The translations under genes were made by a program, and so were the position numbers. From an uncultured Acidimicrobiaceae bacterium (GTDB lineage Bacteria > Actinomycetota > Acidimicrobiia > Acidimicrobiales > Ilumatobacteraceae), in contig CAWHCI010000006.1 of the NCBI GenBank assembly GCA_963827775.1, positions 335,052 to 399,051 on the forward strand: 64,000 nucleotides of DNA, in the 5' to 3' direction. How positions within the stretch are numbered: position 1 is the first letter of the stretch; the number at the start of each line of letters is the position of its first letter. The notes under the pieces are model-generated. The model had not been told where the DNA came from. It saw only the letters and a program-made list of their open reading frames with translations, and searched no databases. Below are positions 51,439 through 62,183 of this stretch, in pieces.

Positions 51439-52449
51439 ATGTCCCTGCAACTCGACGACGACTGGATCTGGGACTTCTGGCTGGTCTCCGATGCCGACGA
51501 GCACCACATCTTCTTCCTCAAGGCGCCCAAGTCGATCGACGACCCCGAAGCGCGCCATTGGAACGTGTCGATCGGTCATGCCGTGTCGACCGACCTGCGC
51601 ACGTGGACGGTCGCGGACGATGCACTCGCGCCGTCCGACGTCGACGCATGGGACGACAAGTCCACGTGGACCGGAAGCGTCGTGCGGCGCGATGGCGAGT
51701 GGGTGATGATGTACACGGGCACCTCTCACGCCGAGGACGGCTTGGTTCAACGCATCGGGCTGGCGACATCGGCCGATCTGTACGACTGGGTCCGGCAGTC
51801 GGGCCCACGCATCGTCGCCGATCCAGAGCACTACGAGACCCTGTCCCTCGGCATGTGGCCCGACGAGGCGTGGCGAGACCCATATCTCTTCGCCGACCCG
51901 TCCGACGGCCACATGCACGTGCTCCTCACCGCGCGGGCGAACCAGGGCAAACGGTTCGACCGCGGAGTGATCGGTCACGCACGTTCCGACGACCTGCTGG
52001 ACTGGGAGGTGCTCCCCCCGATCGAGACGCCGCCGGGATTCGGACAGCTGGAAGTGCCACAGGTGATCGAGATCGATGACCGCTGGTATCTGATCTTCAG
52101 CAGCGACGTCGACACCCAGAGCGCGGAACGGCGCGCCGGCGGGCCGGGAACCGGGACGTACTACCTCGTCGGCGATTCGCCCTACGGGCCGTTCTCGATG
52201 GTGGGCGACGGTGCGCTCGAGGTCGATGCCATCGGGTCGACCTATGCCGGGCGGATCCACCGCACGACCGACGGCATCCCCTGGTTCATCGCGTGGAATC
52301 GACGGAACGAGTCCGGCGATTTCGTCGGCGACCTCACCGTCCCGCGCCGCGTCGAAACCCGTGCGGACGGGTCGCTCGCCATCGTCGACAGCGCAGTCTC
52401 CACGTCATCCGCTGGCCACCACGACCACTCGGAGCAACCGTCACCATGA
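51439..52449 (+). CDS. Clan GH-J glycoside hydrolase (GH32/GH68 beta-fructosidase-like)
   Basis: WIWDFW nucleophile, WTGS, WRDP, QLEVP. Confidence 0.88.
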   Translation: MSLQLDDDWIWDFWLVSDADEHHIFFLKAPKSIDDPEARHWNVSIGHAVSTDLRTWTVADDALAPSDVDAWDDKSTWTGSVVRRDGEWVMMYTGTSHAEDGLVQRIGLATSADLYDWVRQSGPRIVADPEHYETLSLGMWPDEAWRDPYLFADPSDGHMHVLLTARANQGKRFDRGVIGHARSDDLLDWEVLPPIETPPGFGQLEVPQVIEIDDRWYLIFSSDVDTQSAERRAGGPGTGTYYLVGDSPYGPFSMVGDGALEVDAIGSTYAGRIHRTTDGIPWFIAWNRRNESGDFVGDLTVPRRVETRADGSLAIVDSAVSTSSAGHHDHSEQPSP

Positions 52450-53099
52450 AGGGCGACATCATCGTTCTCGAAGAACACCACATCAGCGCCGCGCGAGCGA
52501 TCGTTCCCCACATCGTCGAGGCGGCGACCGCGGCGACCGGCCGGTACGTGATCACGGTCGCCGGCGAATCCGGGAGCGGCAAGTCCGAGACCGGCAAGGC
52601 GATCGCGGACGAACTGGCGTCACGGGGTATCACATCGGTGCTCCTCGGGCAGGACGACTACTTCGTGCTCCCGCCGAAATCCAACGATGCCAAGCGGCGC
52701 GAGGACGACACGTGGCTCGGCCCCCACGTCGAGGTCCGCTTCGACGTGCTCGAACGGAACATCGTCGATGCGATCGACGGTGTCGACGAGATCGTCAAGC
52801 CGCTCATCGACTACGACGCGAACTCCGTCGAGGACGAGACCATCGACCTGCGCGGCGTCGAGGTCGTCGTCGTCGAAGGCACCTACACGACGCTCCTCAA
52901 GCACGTCGACACCAAGGTGTTCATCGCGCGCAACCGCCTCGACACCCTCGAACACCGCCGGAAACGCAACCGCGGAACCGAGGTCGGCGACCCCTTCATC
53001 GAGAACGTCCTCAGACTCGAACACCAGATCATCGCCGGCCACCGCCAACTCGCCGACTTCGTGATCACACGCGACTACGACGTCATCGCCGTGCCATGA
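52446..53099 (+). CDS. P-loop kinase (uridine kinase-like fold; possible sugar kinase)
   Basis: AGESGSGKS, QDDYF, VVEGTY; ATGA overlap with the GH. Confidence 0.8.
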   Translation: MKGDIIVLEEHHISAARAIVPHIVEAATAATGRYVITVAGESGSGKSETGKAIADELASRGITSVLLGQDDYFVLPPKSNDAKRREDDTWLGPHVEVRFDVLERNIVDAIDGVDEIVKPLIDYDANSVEDETIDLRGVEVVVVEGTYTTLLKHVDTKVFIARNRLDTLEHRRKRNRGTEVGDPFIENVLRLEHQIIAGHRQLADFVITRDYDVIAVP

Positions 53100-53118
53100 G
53101 CACGTGGGTGCACGGCAC

Positions 53119-54675
53119 ATGAAGCACGACCTGCCGAACCGGGTCATGCTCAACGCATACCCCGACAGCATCGACGGCGACCTCGCCGGCATGGTGCGCA
53201 TGCTCCGGCGCCCCGAGTTCGCCGAATCATTCGGCATGGTCTACGTGCTGCCCTCGATCTTCAACAGCGACCTCGATCGCGGCTTCTCGATCATCGACTA
53301 CGACCTGAACGCCCACCTCGCGTCCCGCTCCGACCTCGAAGCCCTCCACGAACTGGGCATCCAACTGAAGTTCGATCTGGTGCTCAACCACCTCTCGGTC
53401 GGGTCGCCACAGTTCCAGGACCTGCTGCTCAACGGTGACGATTCCGAGTTCGCCGACTTCTTCATCGACTGGAACGAGTTCTGGGCCGGCGAAGGCGAGG
53501 TCCACGACGAGGGGTACGTGGTGCCCTCGGCCGACCATCTCGACCGGCTGTTCATGCGCAAGCCGGGCCTGCCCATCCTGAAGGTCCGCTTTCCCGACGG
53601 CTCCGATCGGTACTACTGGAACACCTTCTACCAACAGGTCGACGTCGTCGACGGCGAGCGAACGTACCTCGGCCAGATGGACCTCAACGCCCGTGCCGAC
53701 CAGGTCTGGGACTTCTACCGCGACACGCTCCACAAGGTCGCCGGGTACGGCGCCAAGATCCTTCGACTCGACGCCTTCGCCTATCTCCACAAGGAGGTCG
53801 GTGAACCGAACTTCTTCAACACGCCCGGCACCTGGGAGTACCTCGACCGGCTCCGCGCGATCGCCGACGACTGCGGACTGATCCTGCTCCCCGAGATCCA
53901 CTCCGAATACGGCACCGGACTCCACCGGGAACTGTCCGAGCGCGGCTATCCCATCTACGACTTCTTCTTTCCCGGACTCGTCATCGACGCGATCGACACG
54001 GGGAGCAGTGAGCACCTCGTGCGCTGGATCAACGAGATCATCGAACGCGACATCACGACCGTGAACATGCTGGGCTGCCACGACGGCATCCCCGTGATCG
54101 ACCTCAGAGGCGGGACCGGTCGCGACGGATTGCTGCCGGACGCAACGATCGAGACGATGATCGAACGGCTGCTCGAACGCGGCGGCAGGATCAAGGATCT
54201 CTACGGTGCCGACGGCACGAAGATCTCCTACTACCAGGTGAACGCCACGTTCTTCAGCGCGCTCGGCGAGAGCGAGGACCGGCTGCGGCTCGCTCGGGCC
54301 ATCCAGCTCTTCATGCCGGGCACTCCACAGGTCTGGTACCTCGATCTGTTCGCCGGAACGAACGACGACGAGGCTGCCAACCGGGCCGGAAGCGGCGGTC
54401 ACAAGGAGATCAACCGCACCAACCTCGACCTTGGCGACATCGACGCAGGCCTGACCCGTTCGGTGGTGGTCGACCAGTTGGAGATGATCCGTCTGCGCAA
54501 CACGTCGGTTGCCTTCAACGGCGACTTCGACGTCGTGGCGACCGACGCAAACCGATTGGTGATGCGCTGGCAGCACGGTGAGACCACCGCCGTGCTCGAC
54601 GCCGACCTGGCAACGGAGGCCTTCACGATCACGCACGTGCACGACGGGCACGACGTCGTCCTCGACTACAGCTGA
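53119..54675 (+). CDS. GH13_18 glycoside phosphorylase (sucrose 6F-phosphate phosphorylase-like)
   Basis: MLNAYPDS, DRGF, DLVLNH, RLDAFAY, LPEIH, CHDGI, KISYYQVN, PQVWYLDL, KEINR. Confidence 0.85.
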   Translation: MKHDLPNRVMLNAYPDSIDGDLAGMVRMLRRPEFAESFGMVYVLPSIFNSDLDRGFSIIDYDLNAHLASRSDLEALHELGIQLKFDLVLNHLSVGSPQFQDLLLNGDDSEFADFFIDWNEFWAGEGEVHDEGYVVPSADHLDRLFMRKPGLPILKVRFPDGSDRYYWNTFYQQVDVVDGERTYLGQMDLNARADQVWDFYRDTLHKVAGYGAKILRLDAFAYLHKEVGEPNFFNTPGTWEYLDRLRAIADDCGLILLPEIHSEYGTGLHRELSERGYPIYDFFFPGLVIDAIDTGSSEHLVRWINEIIERDITTVNMLGCHDGIPVIDLRGGTGRDGLLPDATIETMIERLLERGGRIKDLYGADGTKISYYQVNATFFSALGESEDRLRLARAIQLFMPGTPQVWYLDLFAGTNDDEAANRAGSGGHKEINRTNLDLGDIDAGLTRSVVVDQLEMIRLRNTSVAFNGDFDVVATDANRLVMRWQHGETTAVLDADLATEAFTITHVHDGHDVVLDYS

Positions 54676-54711
54676 CGAGCGGGTGCACGGCGGTGGGGCG
54701 GGTTTCGTTCG

Positions 54712-55707
54712 TCACATCCGGAGGACCGCGGCGCCGGTGACCTTGCCCGACGACAGGTCGGCGAGCGCGACGTTGGCATCGTCGAGCGAGTACTCCTGAA
54801 CCCTGGTGGCGATCGGGATGTCGGCGGCCAGCCGGATGAGTTCGGCGACATCGCCCCGGGTGACGTTGGCGACACTCCGGAGTTGGCGCTCCCACCACAG
54901 GAGGTCGTAGTCGAACTCCGGGATGCGATCGAGGTGAATCGCGTTGACCGCCACGATGCCACCCTTGTCGAGTGCCGTCAGCGCAGCGACCACCACCGAC
55001 CCGACGGGGGCGAACGTCACCGCCGCGTCGAGCGGGACGGGCGGAGACTGGTCGTACCCGCCGGCCCACGTGGCCCCGAGGTCGAGCGACCGCCGCTGTT
55101 CGGCCTCCGATCGGGTGCTGACGAAGACCTCGCAGCCCCACGCCACGGCGATCTGGATCGCGCACGTCGCCGATGCGCCGAAGCCGTAGAGGCCCAGCCG
55201 GCCGCCCGACTCGATGCCCGAGACCCGCAGCGCCCGCAGTCCGATCGAGCCGCCACACAGCAACGGCGCTGCGGCCGCGGAGTCGAACCCGGACGGCAAC
55301 CGGTGGACGAAGTCCGCCCGCGCCACGATTCGCTCGGCGAAACCGCCCGAGCGATGCCAGCCGGTGAACCGGGCCTCGTCGCAGAGGTTCTCGCGACCCG
55401 ATACGCAGAATCGGCACGAGCCACAGGTCGACGCGATCCACGCCACGCCCACCCGTTCGCCGATCTCGACACCGGCCACCGAGTCGCCGACCTCGGCGAC
55501 GGTGCCGACCACCTGGTGGCCCGGGACGATCGGGAGCACCCGTGCGGGCAGATCGCCTTCACAGAGTTGCAGGTCGGTTCGGCACACTGCGCAGGCGATC
55601 ACGTCGATGAGCACCTCGTCCGGTGCAACGGCCGGCGTCGTCGTCTCGCCGATCTCGAGCGGATCCTGGTCGGCTGGCCGGGGGCGTCTCAGGACCGCCG
55701 CGCGCAT
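54712..55707 (-). CDS. Zinc-binding alcohol dehydrogenase family protein
   Basis: CRTD, PGHQVVG, CGSCRFC...C, PLLCGG, YGFGASA. Confidence 0.92.
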   Translation of the reverse strand: MRAAVLRRPRPADQDPLEIGETTTPAVAPDEVLIDVIACAVCRTDLQLCEGDLPARVLPIVPGHQVVGTVAEVGDSVAGVEIGERVGVAWIASTCGSCRFCVSGRENLCDEARFTGWHRSGGFAERIVARADFVHRLPSGFDSAAAAPLLCGGSIGLRALRVSGIESGGRLGLYGFGASATCAIQIAVAWGCEVFVSTRSEAEQRRSLDLGATWAGGYDQSPPVPLDAAVTFAPVGSVVVAALTALDKGGIVAVNAIHLDRIPEFDYDLLWWERQLRSVANVTRGDVAELIRLAADIPIATRVQEYSLDDANVALADLSSGKVTGAAVLRM

Positions 55708-55823
55708 GGGACGATGCTGACACACGGGAACGGACCAGTCGAACCCGGTGACGTGGCCCCGTCTCCCATCCGTTGTGACCAAGTTCTCTGACCATCGGCA
55801 TCGTGATCGGTCAGCGTTGAACC

Positions 55824-56717
55824 ATGAGCGAGTCGTCGACACAGGACCGGACCGTGACCGTCGGCGTCGACGGCTCAGCGGGGTCGGCATCAGCCCTGCG
55901 ATGGGCGGTCGACCATGCCGACCAGCTCGGCGCCATCGTTCCGGTGATGACATTCGTGACCGGCCCCTTCGTCTACGGATTCGGCGAGGTCGACGGGCCC
56001 GACCGCGACGCGGAGCCGTACCGGAGCGACGCGATCCTGCACCTGGAGAGATTCCTCCGGGAGCACGTTCCGGCGCTGGTCGGTCGGGGCGCCGTGACCG
56101 AGTCACGTGCAGGCCCCGGTCTCGTCCATCTGGCGGAGGGATCGGAACTGCTCGTCGTCGGAACCCGAGGATGGAGCGCTCGCAGCGGGCTCGCCCTCGG
56201 CTCGGTCGGCGCCTACTGCGCCCGACACTCGACCGTTCCGGTCGCGCTGATCCCGCACGGCGAACAGCCGGTTCACGAACACCTCGACGTGGTGGTCGGC
56301 TTCGACGGGTCCCCTCACGCTCAGGGCGCGCTGCAGTGGACACTGACGCACCTCCGCCGGTCCGCTCGTGTGGTCGTCGTGCACGCATACGAGTCGGTGA
56401 TCGGTGAACCGCTGTCGCTGTCACCCGAGCACGCAGAGGCAGGCGCCCGCGAGGTGCTCGAGGCCGGGGTGAGGGCGGCCCGACGCGATCTCGACGGTCA
56501 TCCCCCGGTGGAGATGGTCGTCATGCGCGGGGACCCGCGGGTCGCGCTGCGAACGGCGAGCGGAGCCGCCGATCTCCTCGTCGTCGGATCACGCGGTCAG
56601 GGCGTGCTGGATCGGCTCCTGCTCGGGTCGGTGGCGAACGCGCTCGTCGACCATCCGACGGTCCCGACGATCGTGGTCCCCGGCCGGCAACTGCCGACGA
56701 CGGCGCAACCACGCTGA
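55824..56717 (+). CDS. Universal stress protein (tandem USP)
   Basis: VGVDGS...ALRWA, VVGTRG...LGSV; second domain VVGSRG...LLGSV. Confidence 0.93.
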   Translation: MSESSTQDRTVTVGVDGSAGSASALRWAVDHADQLGAIVPVMTFVTGPFVYGFGEVDGPDRDAEPYRSDAILHLERFLREHVPALVGRGAVTESRAGPGLVHLAEGSELLVVGTRGWSARSGLALGSVGAYCARHSTVPVALIPHGEQPVHEHLDVVVGFDGSPHAQGALQWTLTHLRRSARVVVVHAYESVIGEPLSLSPEHAEAGAREVLEAGVRAARRDLDGHPPVEMVVMRGDPRVALRTASGAADLLVVGSRGQGVLDRLLLGSVANALVDHPTVPTIVVPGRQLPTTAQPR

Positions 56718-56867
56718 CCGCACCCCGTCAGCGAGCTCGTCGTCGATCGTGACGTGGGTCGGACGAATGCGTTGCATGATCCGCGGTTCGGCACGCGACT
56801 CGTCGAGTCTGGACAAATGGTCCGTCCGGCTCTGGCGGCCCGTGACGTCGACGCGGACGCTGGCATC

Positions 56868-57224
56868 ATGACGGACACGCACGCCATCGCCCTCGGCCCG
56901 CAGGAGATCGATGCCCTGCCATGGAACCCCCTCGGAGACCGAGTCGGGGTCGCCTTACGGGCCCTGTGGACGGACGGGACGTCGCAGACCGGCGTGCTCC
57001 GAGTCGATCCGGGGCAGCGACTCGGTCGACACACGCACCGCCGGCATCACCACGACTACTGGTTGGTCGACGGGCACGCCGACGTGCTCGGCCGTTGGCT
57101 CGGTCCGGGGTCGTACGTCCACATCCCCGCCGGCGTGGAGCACGACGTGGATGCGACCGAGACCGAGGGTTGCACCCTGTTCTACGCCTACACGCTCGTC
57201 GCACACGACCCACCGAACCGATGA
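56868..57224 (+). CDS. Cupin-domain protein
   Basis: HTH...WLVDG...GSYVHIPAGVEH. Confidence 0.8.
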   Translation: MTDTHAIALGPQEIDALPWNPLGDRVGVALRALWTDGTSQTGVLRVDPGQRLGRHTHRRHHHDYWLVDGHADVLGRWLGPGSYVHIPAGVEHDVDATETEGCTLFYAYTLVAHDPPNR

Positions 57225-58561
57225 ACGCTCGGCCGAGCCCGTCGGGCGACGCTGATCCGTCGGCCGAGTCGATCCGGCTGCACTCGTTCTATCGAGGCAA
57301 GGTGCAGGTCGTTCCCAAGGTCCCGATCCGTGAGCTCCGCGACTTCGCCCTCTGGTACACGCCGGGCGTCGCGGCCGCGAGCCGTGCCGTGGCGGACGAT
57401 CCCGGTCGTGTCTTCGAGCACACCAACAAGGCGAACGCGATCGCGATCGTGTCCGACGGTTCCCGTGTGCTGGGGCTCGGCGACATCGGTCCCGAGGCGG
57501 GGCTGCCGGTGATGGAGGGCAAGGCCCTGCTGTTCAAGTACCTCGGTGGCGTCGACGCGGTTCCGATCTGTGTCGAGACGTCGACGGTCGACGAGTTGGT
57601 GTCCCTGGTCCAGCACCTCCAGCCCTCGTTCGGTGGCATCAATCTGGAGGACATCGCTCAGCCGGCGTGCTTCGAGGCCCTCGAGCGTCTCCGGTCGACG
57701 CTACGCATACCGGTCTGGCACGACGACCAGCAGGGCACCGCCACCGTCGTCGTCGCCGCACTCACCAATGCGCTCGAGATGGTCGACAAGGCGCTGCACG
57801 ACGTCGACATCACGCTCGTGGGCATCGGTGCTGCGAACGTCGCCACGCTGCGACTCCTCGTCGCCGCAGGTGTCGACCCGGCCCGCGTCGTCGCGTGCGA
57901 CCGAGGGGGAACGCTGCACGCTGGGCGGACCGACCTCGAGCAGCGCCAGGACGCATACCCCGACAAGTGGCGAATCTGCCGGACCACCAACGCGCGGGGC
58001 GTCTCGGGCGGCGTCGCAGCGGCGCTGGCCGACTCGGACGTGTGTCTCGCCTTCTCCGAGCCCGGCCCCGACACGATCCGACCGGAATGGGTTGCTGCGA
58101 TGGCGAGCGACCCCGTCGTGTTCGCCTGCGCCAACCCGGTGCCCGAGATCTGGCCGGAGGTCGCCATGGAGGCGGGGGCACGGGTCGTCGGTACCGGCCG
58201 CTCCGACTTCCCGAATCAGGTCAACAACTCGCTGGCGTTTCCCGGCATCTTTCGGGGCGTCCTCGACGTGAGAGCCCGAACGATCACCGACGAGATGGCG
58301 CTGGCCGCAGCCGACGTCCTGGCCCGGTTCGCCCGCGAACGCGGCATCGAGCACGGTCTGCTCCCGACGATGACCGAATGGGAAGTCGTCCCGTTGGTGG
58401 CGGCGGCGACCGCGCTCACCGCCCAACGCCAGGGTGTGGCGGCGCTCCAGACGCCCGAGGAGGAGTTGGTTCGCGATGCGCGCCGGACGATCTCCGAGGC
58501 ACGCCGGGCCACGGAGGTGCTCATGGACGCGCACATCATCCCGCCGCCACCGACGCCGTAG
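57221..58561 (+). CDS. NAD(P)-dependent malic enzyme
   Basis: WYTPGVA, GLGDIG...PVMEGK, NLEDI, HDDQQGT, GIGAA, ANPVPE, GRSDFPNQVNN. Confidence 0.95.
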   Translation: MNARPSPSGDADPSAESIRLHSFYRGKVQVVPKVPIRELRDFALWYTPGVAAASRAVADDPGRVFEHTNKANAIAIVSDGSRVLGLGDIGPEAGLPVMEGKALLFKYLGGVDAVPICVETSTVDELVSLVQHLQPSFGGINLEDIAQPACFEALERLRSTLRIPVWHDDQQGTATVVVAALTNALEMVDKALHDVDITLVGIGAANVATLRLLVAAGVDPARVVACDRGGTLHAGRTDLEQRQDAYPDKWRICRTTNARGVSGGVAAALADSDVCLAFSEPGPDTIRPEWVAAMASDPVVFACANPVPEIWPEVAMEAGARVVGTGRSDFPNQVNNSLAFPGIFRGVLDVRARTITDEMALAAADVLARFARERGIEHGLLPTMTEWEVVPLVAAATALTAQRQGVAALQTPEEELVRDARRTISEARRATEVLMDAHIIPPPPTP

Positions 58562-58577
58562 CACGCCTCCTCTGCGT

Positions 58578-59714
58578 TCACGGCCTCCAGCCGGCGATCA
58601 ACTCGCATGCCTCGGCCAGGTCCTCGCCCCGGCCGGCGTAGGAGAACCGGACGTACTCGTGACCGCGGGCGAGGTCGAAGTCGATGCCCGGGGTCGCACA
58701 CACACCGATCTCGTCCAGCCAGCGGCGGCACAGTTGGAGCGAATCGATGCCGAGCTCGGTCGTGTACTGCGGGAGGTGTGCGTACACGTAGAACGCGCCG
58801 TCGGCCGGAGCGATCTCGTCGACGCCGGCGGCCGCGAGCCCGTCGAGCATCACGAGCCGGTTGGCACGGTACCGATGGACGTGCCCGTCGAGTTCCTCGG
58901 TCGCGTCGAGCGCGCCCAATGCGGCGACCTGAGACACGTGCGGCGCGCAGATGAAGAGGTTCTGCTGCAGACGCTCGACGGTGTCGACCACCGATTCGGG
59001 CGCCACGACCCAGCCCACGCGCCACCCGGTCATCGACCAGTACTTGGAGAAGCTGCTGATCACGAACGCGTCCTGGTGATGGTCGAGCACCTGTGGAGCC
59101 GGATCCTCCACGATGCCGTGATAGATCTCGTCGGCCACGATCTTGATGCCGTGCGCGCCGCAGTGGTCGACGAGAGCGCCGAGTGCTTCGACACCGAGCA
59201 CCGTTCCGGTCGGATTCGAGGGTGACGCGAGCACGAGCCCGTCGAGGTGCCCGACCGCGGCGACCAGATCGGGCGTGGGCGCCCACCGGGTTGCGTCCCC
59301 GACGGCGATCGGGACCGGCGTGAGCCCGAGCGCGATGAGGGTGTTGCGGTAGCAGGGATAGCCGGGTTCGACGACGCCGACGCGTGCCCCCGGCTCGAAC
59401 AGTGTGAGGAACGCCAGGGTGAAGCCGGCGGATGCACCACCGACGACCAGCACCCGGCTCGGCTCGACGTCTGTGTATCGGTCGGCGAGCCGTTGGCGGA
59501 GTTGATGCAGCCCCGGCGCCGTCGTGTAGCCGAGCGGGTGCTCGAGTGCGTCTTCGACCGCGGCGCGTGCGAGCTGCGGCAACGGCGTCGAGGGCTGACC
59601 GACCTCGAGATGGAGCACCGGCTGACCCGCCGCTTCGCGTTCGCTCGCGTATCGACTCATGGCCATGGCGTGGAACGGCGGGACGGCGGCGGCGTGGACG
59701 GCAGCTTCGATCAC
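58578..59714 (-). CDS. Class I/II PLP aminotransferase
   Basis: LEVGQP, SPSNPTG, DEIYHG, SFSKYWSMTGWRVGW. Confidence 0.93.
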   Translation of the reverse strand: MIEAAVHAAAVPPFHAMAMSRYASEREAAGQPVLHLEVGQPSTPLPQLARAAVEDALEHPLGYTTAPGLHQLRQRLADRYTDVEPSRVLVVGGASAGFTLAFLTLFEPGARVGVVEPGYPCYRNTLIALGLTPVPIAVGDATRWAPTPDLVAAVGHLDGLVLASPSNPTGTVLGVEALGALVDHCGAHGIKIVADEIYHGIVEDPAPQVLDHHQDAFVISSFSKYWSMTGWRVGWVVAPESVVDTVERLQQNLFICAPHVSQVAALGALDATEELDGHVHRYRANRLVMLDGLAAAGVDEIAPADGAFYVYAHLPQYTTELGIDSLQLCRRWLDEIGVCATPGIDFDLARGHEYVRFSYAGRGEDLAEACELIAGWRP

Positions 59715-59942
59715 CTCGCCAGTCTCGCGCCTGAGGGACGGGTGACGTCGATCGTCGGTGCTGCGCCGATCCGCGAGCAGCACCACGTCGCGACCTCGGA
59801 TCGAGGCAGATCGTCGTGTCACCACCCCCGCGACACGACCCGGGCTCACCGAGGATGCCGTTCGGCCCTGTCGGTCCCGCCGCCGGCGAGGTCCAATCGA
59901 ATCAGGGTCGAGCGAACAACGAGGTGGCAAAGGAGCGCATCG

Positions 59943-60635
59943 ATGGGCTTCATCGACCGGCGAGACGGTGGGCGACGATTGGCCGAGCGGCTCGTCGGCC
60001 TTCGGGACGAATCCGACGTGCTGGTCGTCGGGCTCCCGCGCGGCGGCGTACCGGTCGCAGCGGAGGTCGCCGAGTCGTTGCTGGCACCGCTCGATGTCAT
60101 CGTCGTGCGCAAGCTGGGGGTCCCGTTCCAGCCGGAGCTCGCGATGGGGGCGATCGGTGAGGGCGGCGTCCGGGTGATCAATGACGACGTGGTCCGGATG
60201 GCCCACGTCTCGGCCGACGAGCTGGCCGCCGTCGAACGCCGCGAGCGCTCCGAGCTCGAGCGGCGGGCACGGCGGTTCCGCCAGGGCCGACCACGCGTCC
60301 CGCTGGCCGACAAGATGGTGGTGATCGTCGACGACGGCGTTGCCACCGGATCGACCGCTCGGGCCGCGTGCGACGTCGCCCGCGCCGAAGGCGCCGCCCG
60401 GGTCGTCCTGGCCGTTCCCGTAGCACCGCCGGACTGGAGCACCCGACTCTCGGGAGCCGCCGACGTGTTCGTCGCCGTGGAGACCCCCACCGACTTCCGC
60501 GCCGTCGGCCAGTTCTACCGCGACTTCACCCAGACCGATGACGAACGAGTGGTGCAGCTCCTGAACGAGGCGGCTGCGCGGATCGCAGCGGCCGACCGAC
60601 CCGGCACTCCGGGCCGTCGCGGACCGTGGTCGTGA
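59943..60635 (+). CDS. Phosphoribosyltransferase-family protein
   Basis: GLPRGGVPVA, RKLG...ELAMGA, IVDDGVATGST, AVGQFY. Confidence 0.92.
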   Translation: MGFIDRRDGGRRLAERLVGLRDESDVLVVGLPRGGVPVAAEVAESLLAPLDVIVVRKLGVPFQPELAMGAIGEGGVRVINDDVVRMAHVSADELAAVERRERSELERRARRFRQGRPRVPLADKMVVIVDDGVATGSTARAACDVARAEGAARVVLAVPVAPPDWSTRLSGAADVFVAVETPTDFRAVGQFYRDFTQTDDERVVQLLNEAAARIAAADRPGTPGRRGPWS

Positions 60636-60786
60636 CGTGGCCGCGGTGGTGTCGTGCCGCGGTCACTCCGACCTCGCCGGACCGCGTGAACCCAGTGCGC
60701 GCGGTATCGCCGGTCGCAGCGCGGGACCCTCCCGGGACGACGGCGACCTCGCGCCGAGCACTCCGCCGGGCTCGGCGACCGTATTA

Positions 60787-62183
60787 GCCTGGATCCACCG
60801 ATCGGCCGGGGTGAGTGACGGCGACGCGTCCACCAAAAAGGCCTCCTGAACTGGGATGATTGTGATGTTCGAAGTCACAAACCGGACCAGATCGGGAGGC
60901 ACTTTCTGTGTGGCCAGTATCGCGACCATCGACCGCTACGACACGACCTTCGACCATGACGGCTTGATCTCCAACGTGGGGCTGATCATCACGGCGACGT
61001 TGATGATGCGGCTCGGTGTGGAGCAGCTCACGACACGATGGGTTCGCACCGGTGCACCGAACGACCGGTCGCAAGATCGCCACCCTGGTGGCCACGATCC
61101 TGGCGGGCGTCCCACATCGACCACGCGAACGTGCTGCGAGCGGGGGCAACGCAGGCGGTGTTGCCGTTTCGGGTGATGGCGCCCTCGACGTTCGGCACGT
61201 TCTTGCGGTCCTTCACGTTCGGTCACGTCCGCCAACTCGACAAGGTGATCGCCGAGACCACCCGCCGGGCGTGGGCGGCGGGTGCCGGGCCAGGAGCAGA
61301 GGCGATGACGATCGACATGGACTCGACGATCTGTGAGGTGCACGGCAAGGCCAAACACGGCGCCGCGTACGGCTACACCCGCCAGCTCGGCTACCACCCG
61401 CTGGTCGCGACCCGCGCTGACACGGGTGAGGTGCTTCACGCCCGGCTCCGCAAAGGGTCGTCGCAGCGAGGCCACAAACGCTTCGTTGAAGAACTCGTGG
61501 CTCGGGTCCGCCGTGGTGGCGCCACCGGGGCGTTGGTGTTGCGAGCAGATTCGGGGTTCTGGTCCTGGCCGCTCATCGACACACTGACCCGCCTCGGTGT
61601 CAACTGGTCGGTCACCGTGGCCATCAACGCCACCATCCGCGAGGCCATCGAAGGCATCGACGAGACCGAATGGACCGACATCGTCTACCCCGACGGCGGC
61701 CAAGCCCAGGTCGCGGGCGACCACCTATGTGACCGGGCGAGGAGACAAGCAACGCCGAGTGCGTCTCGTGGTTCGCCGGACCCGTCTCACCGACACCGCG
61801 CAGCGACAACTGTGGCCCGACTGGCGTCACCACGCGTTCGTCACCGACCTCGACGCCCCGACCGTCGAGATCGACCAGTTCCACCGCGACCATGCCCGAG
61901 TCGAGCTCGCGATCCGCGACCTCAAGGAGCAGGCGCCGGGCTCGAGCACTGCCCGTCTGGCCGGTTCTTCGCCAACGCGGCATGGCTCGCCTGCGCCGTG
62001 CTCGCCCACAACCTGACCCGCTGGACCGCGACCCTCGGCGACATCCACCCCGACCAACAGCTCACCGTCACCGCCACCGATCCGCATCACCGCGTGTTCG
62101 CACTACCCGGACGACTCGTGAACCGCAGTGGCCGCCTCGTCCTGCGACTTCCACAGGACTGGCCATGGGCCACCACCTTCTGA
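60787..62183 (+). mobile_element. IS1380-family element, right end missing
   Basis: Probable left end GCCTGGATCCACCGA at 60787-60801; no complementary right IR found in the window. Confidence 0.75.
60910..62183 (+). pseudogene. IS1380-family DDE transposase (frameshifted, C-terminally cut)
   Basis: APSTFGTFLR, IDMDST, GYHPL, RADSGF, ELAIRDLK, FFANAAWL...AHNL, LPQDWPW. Confidence 0.88.
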
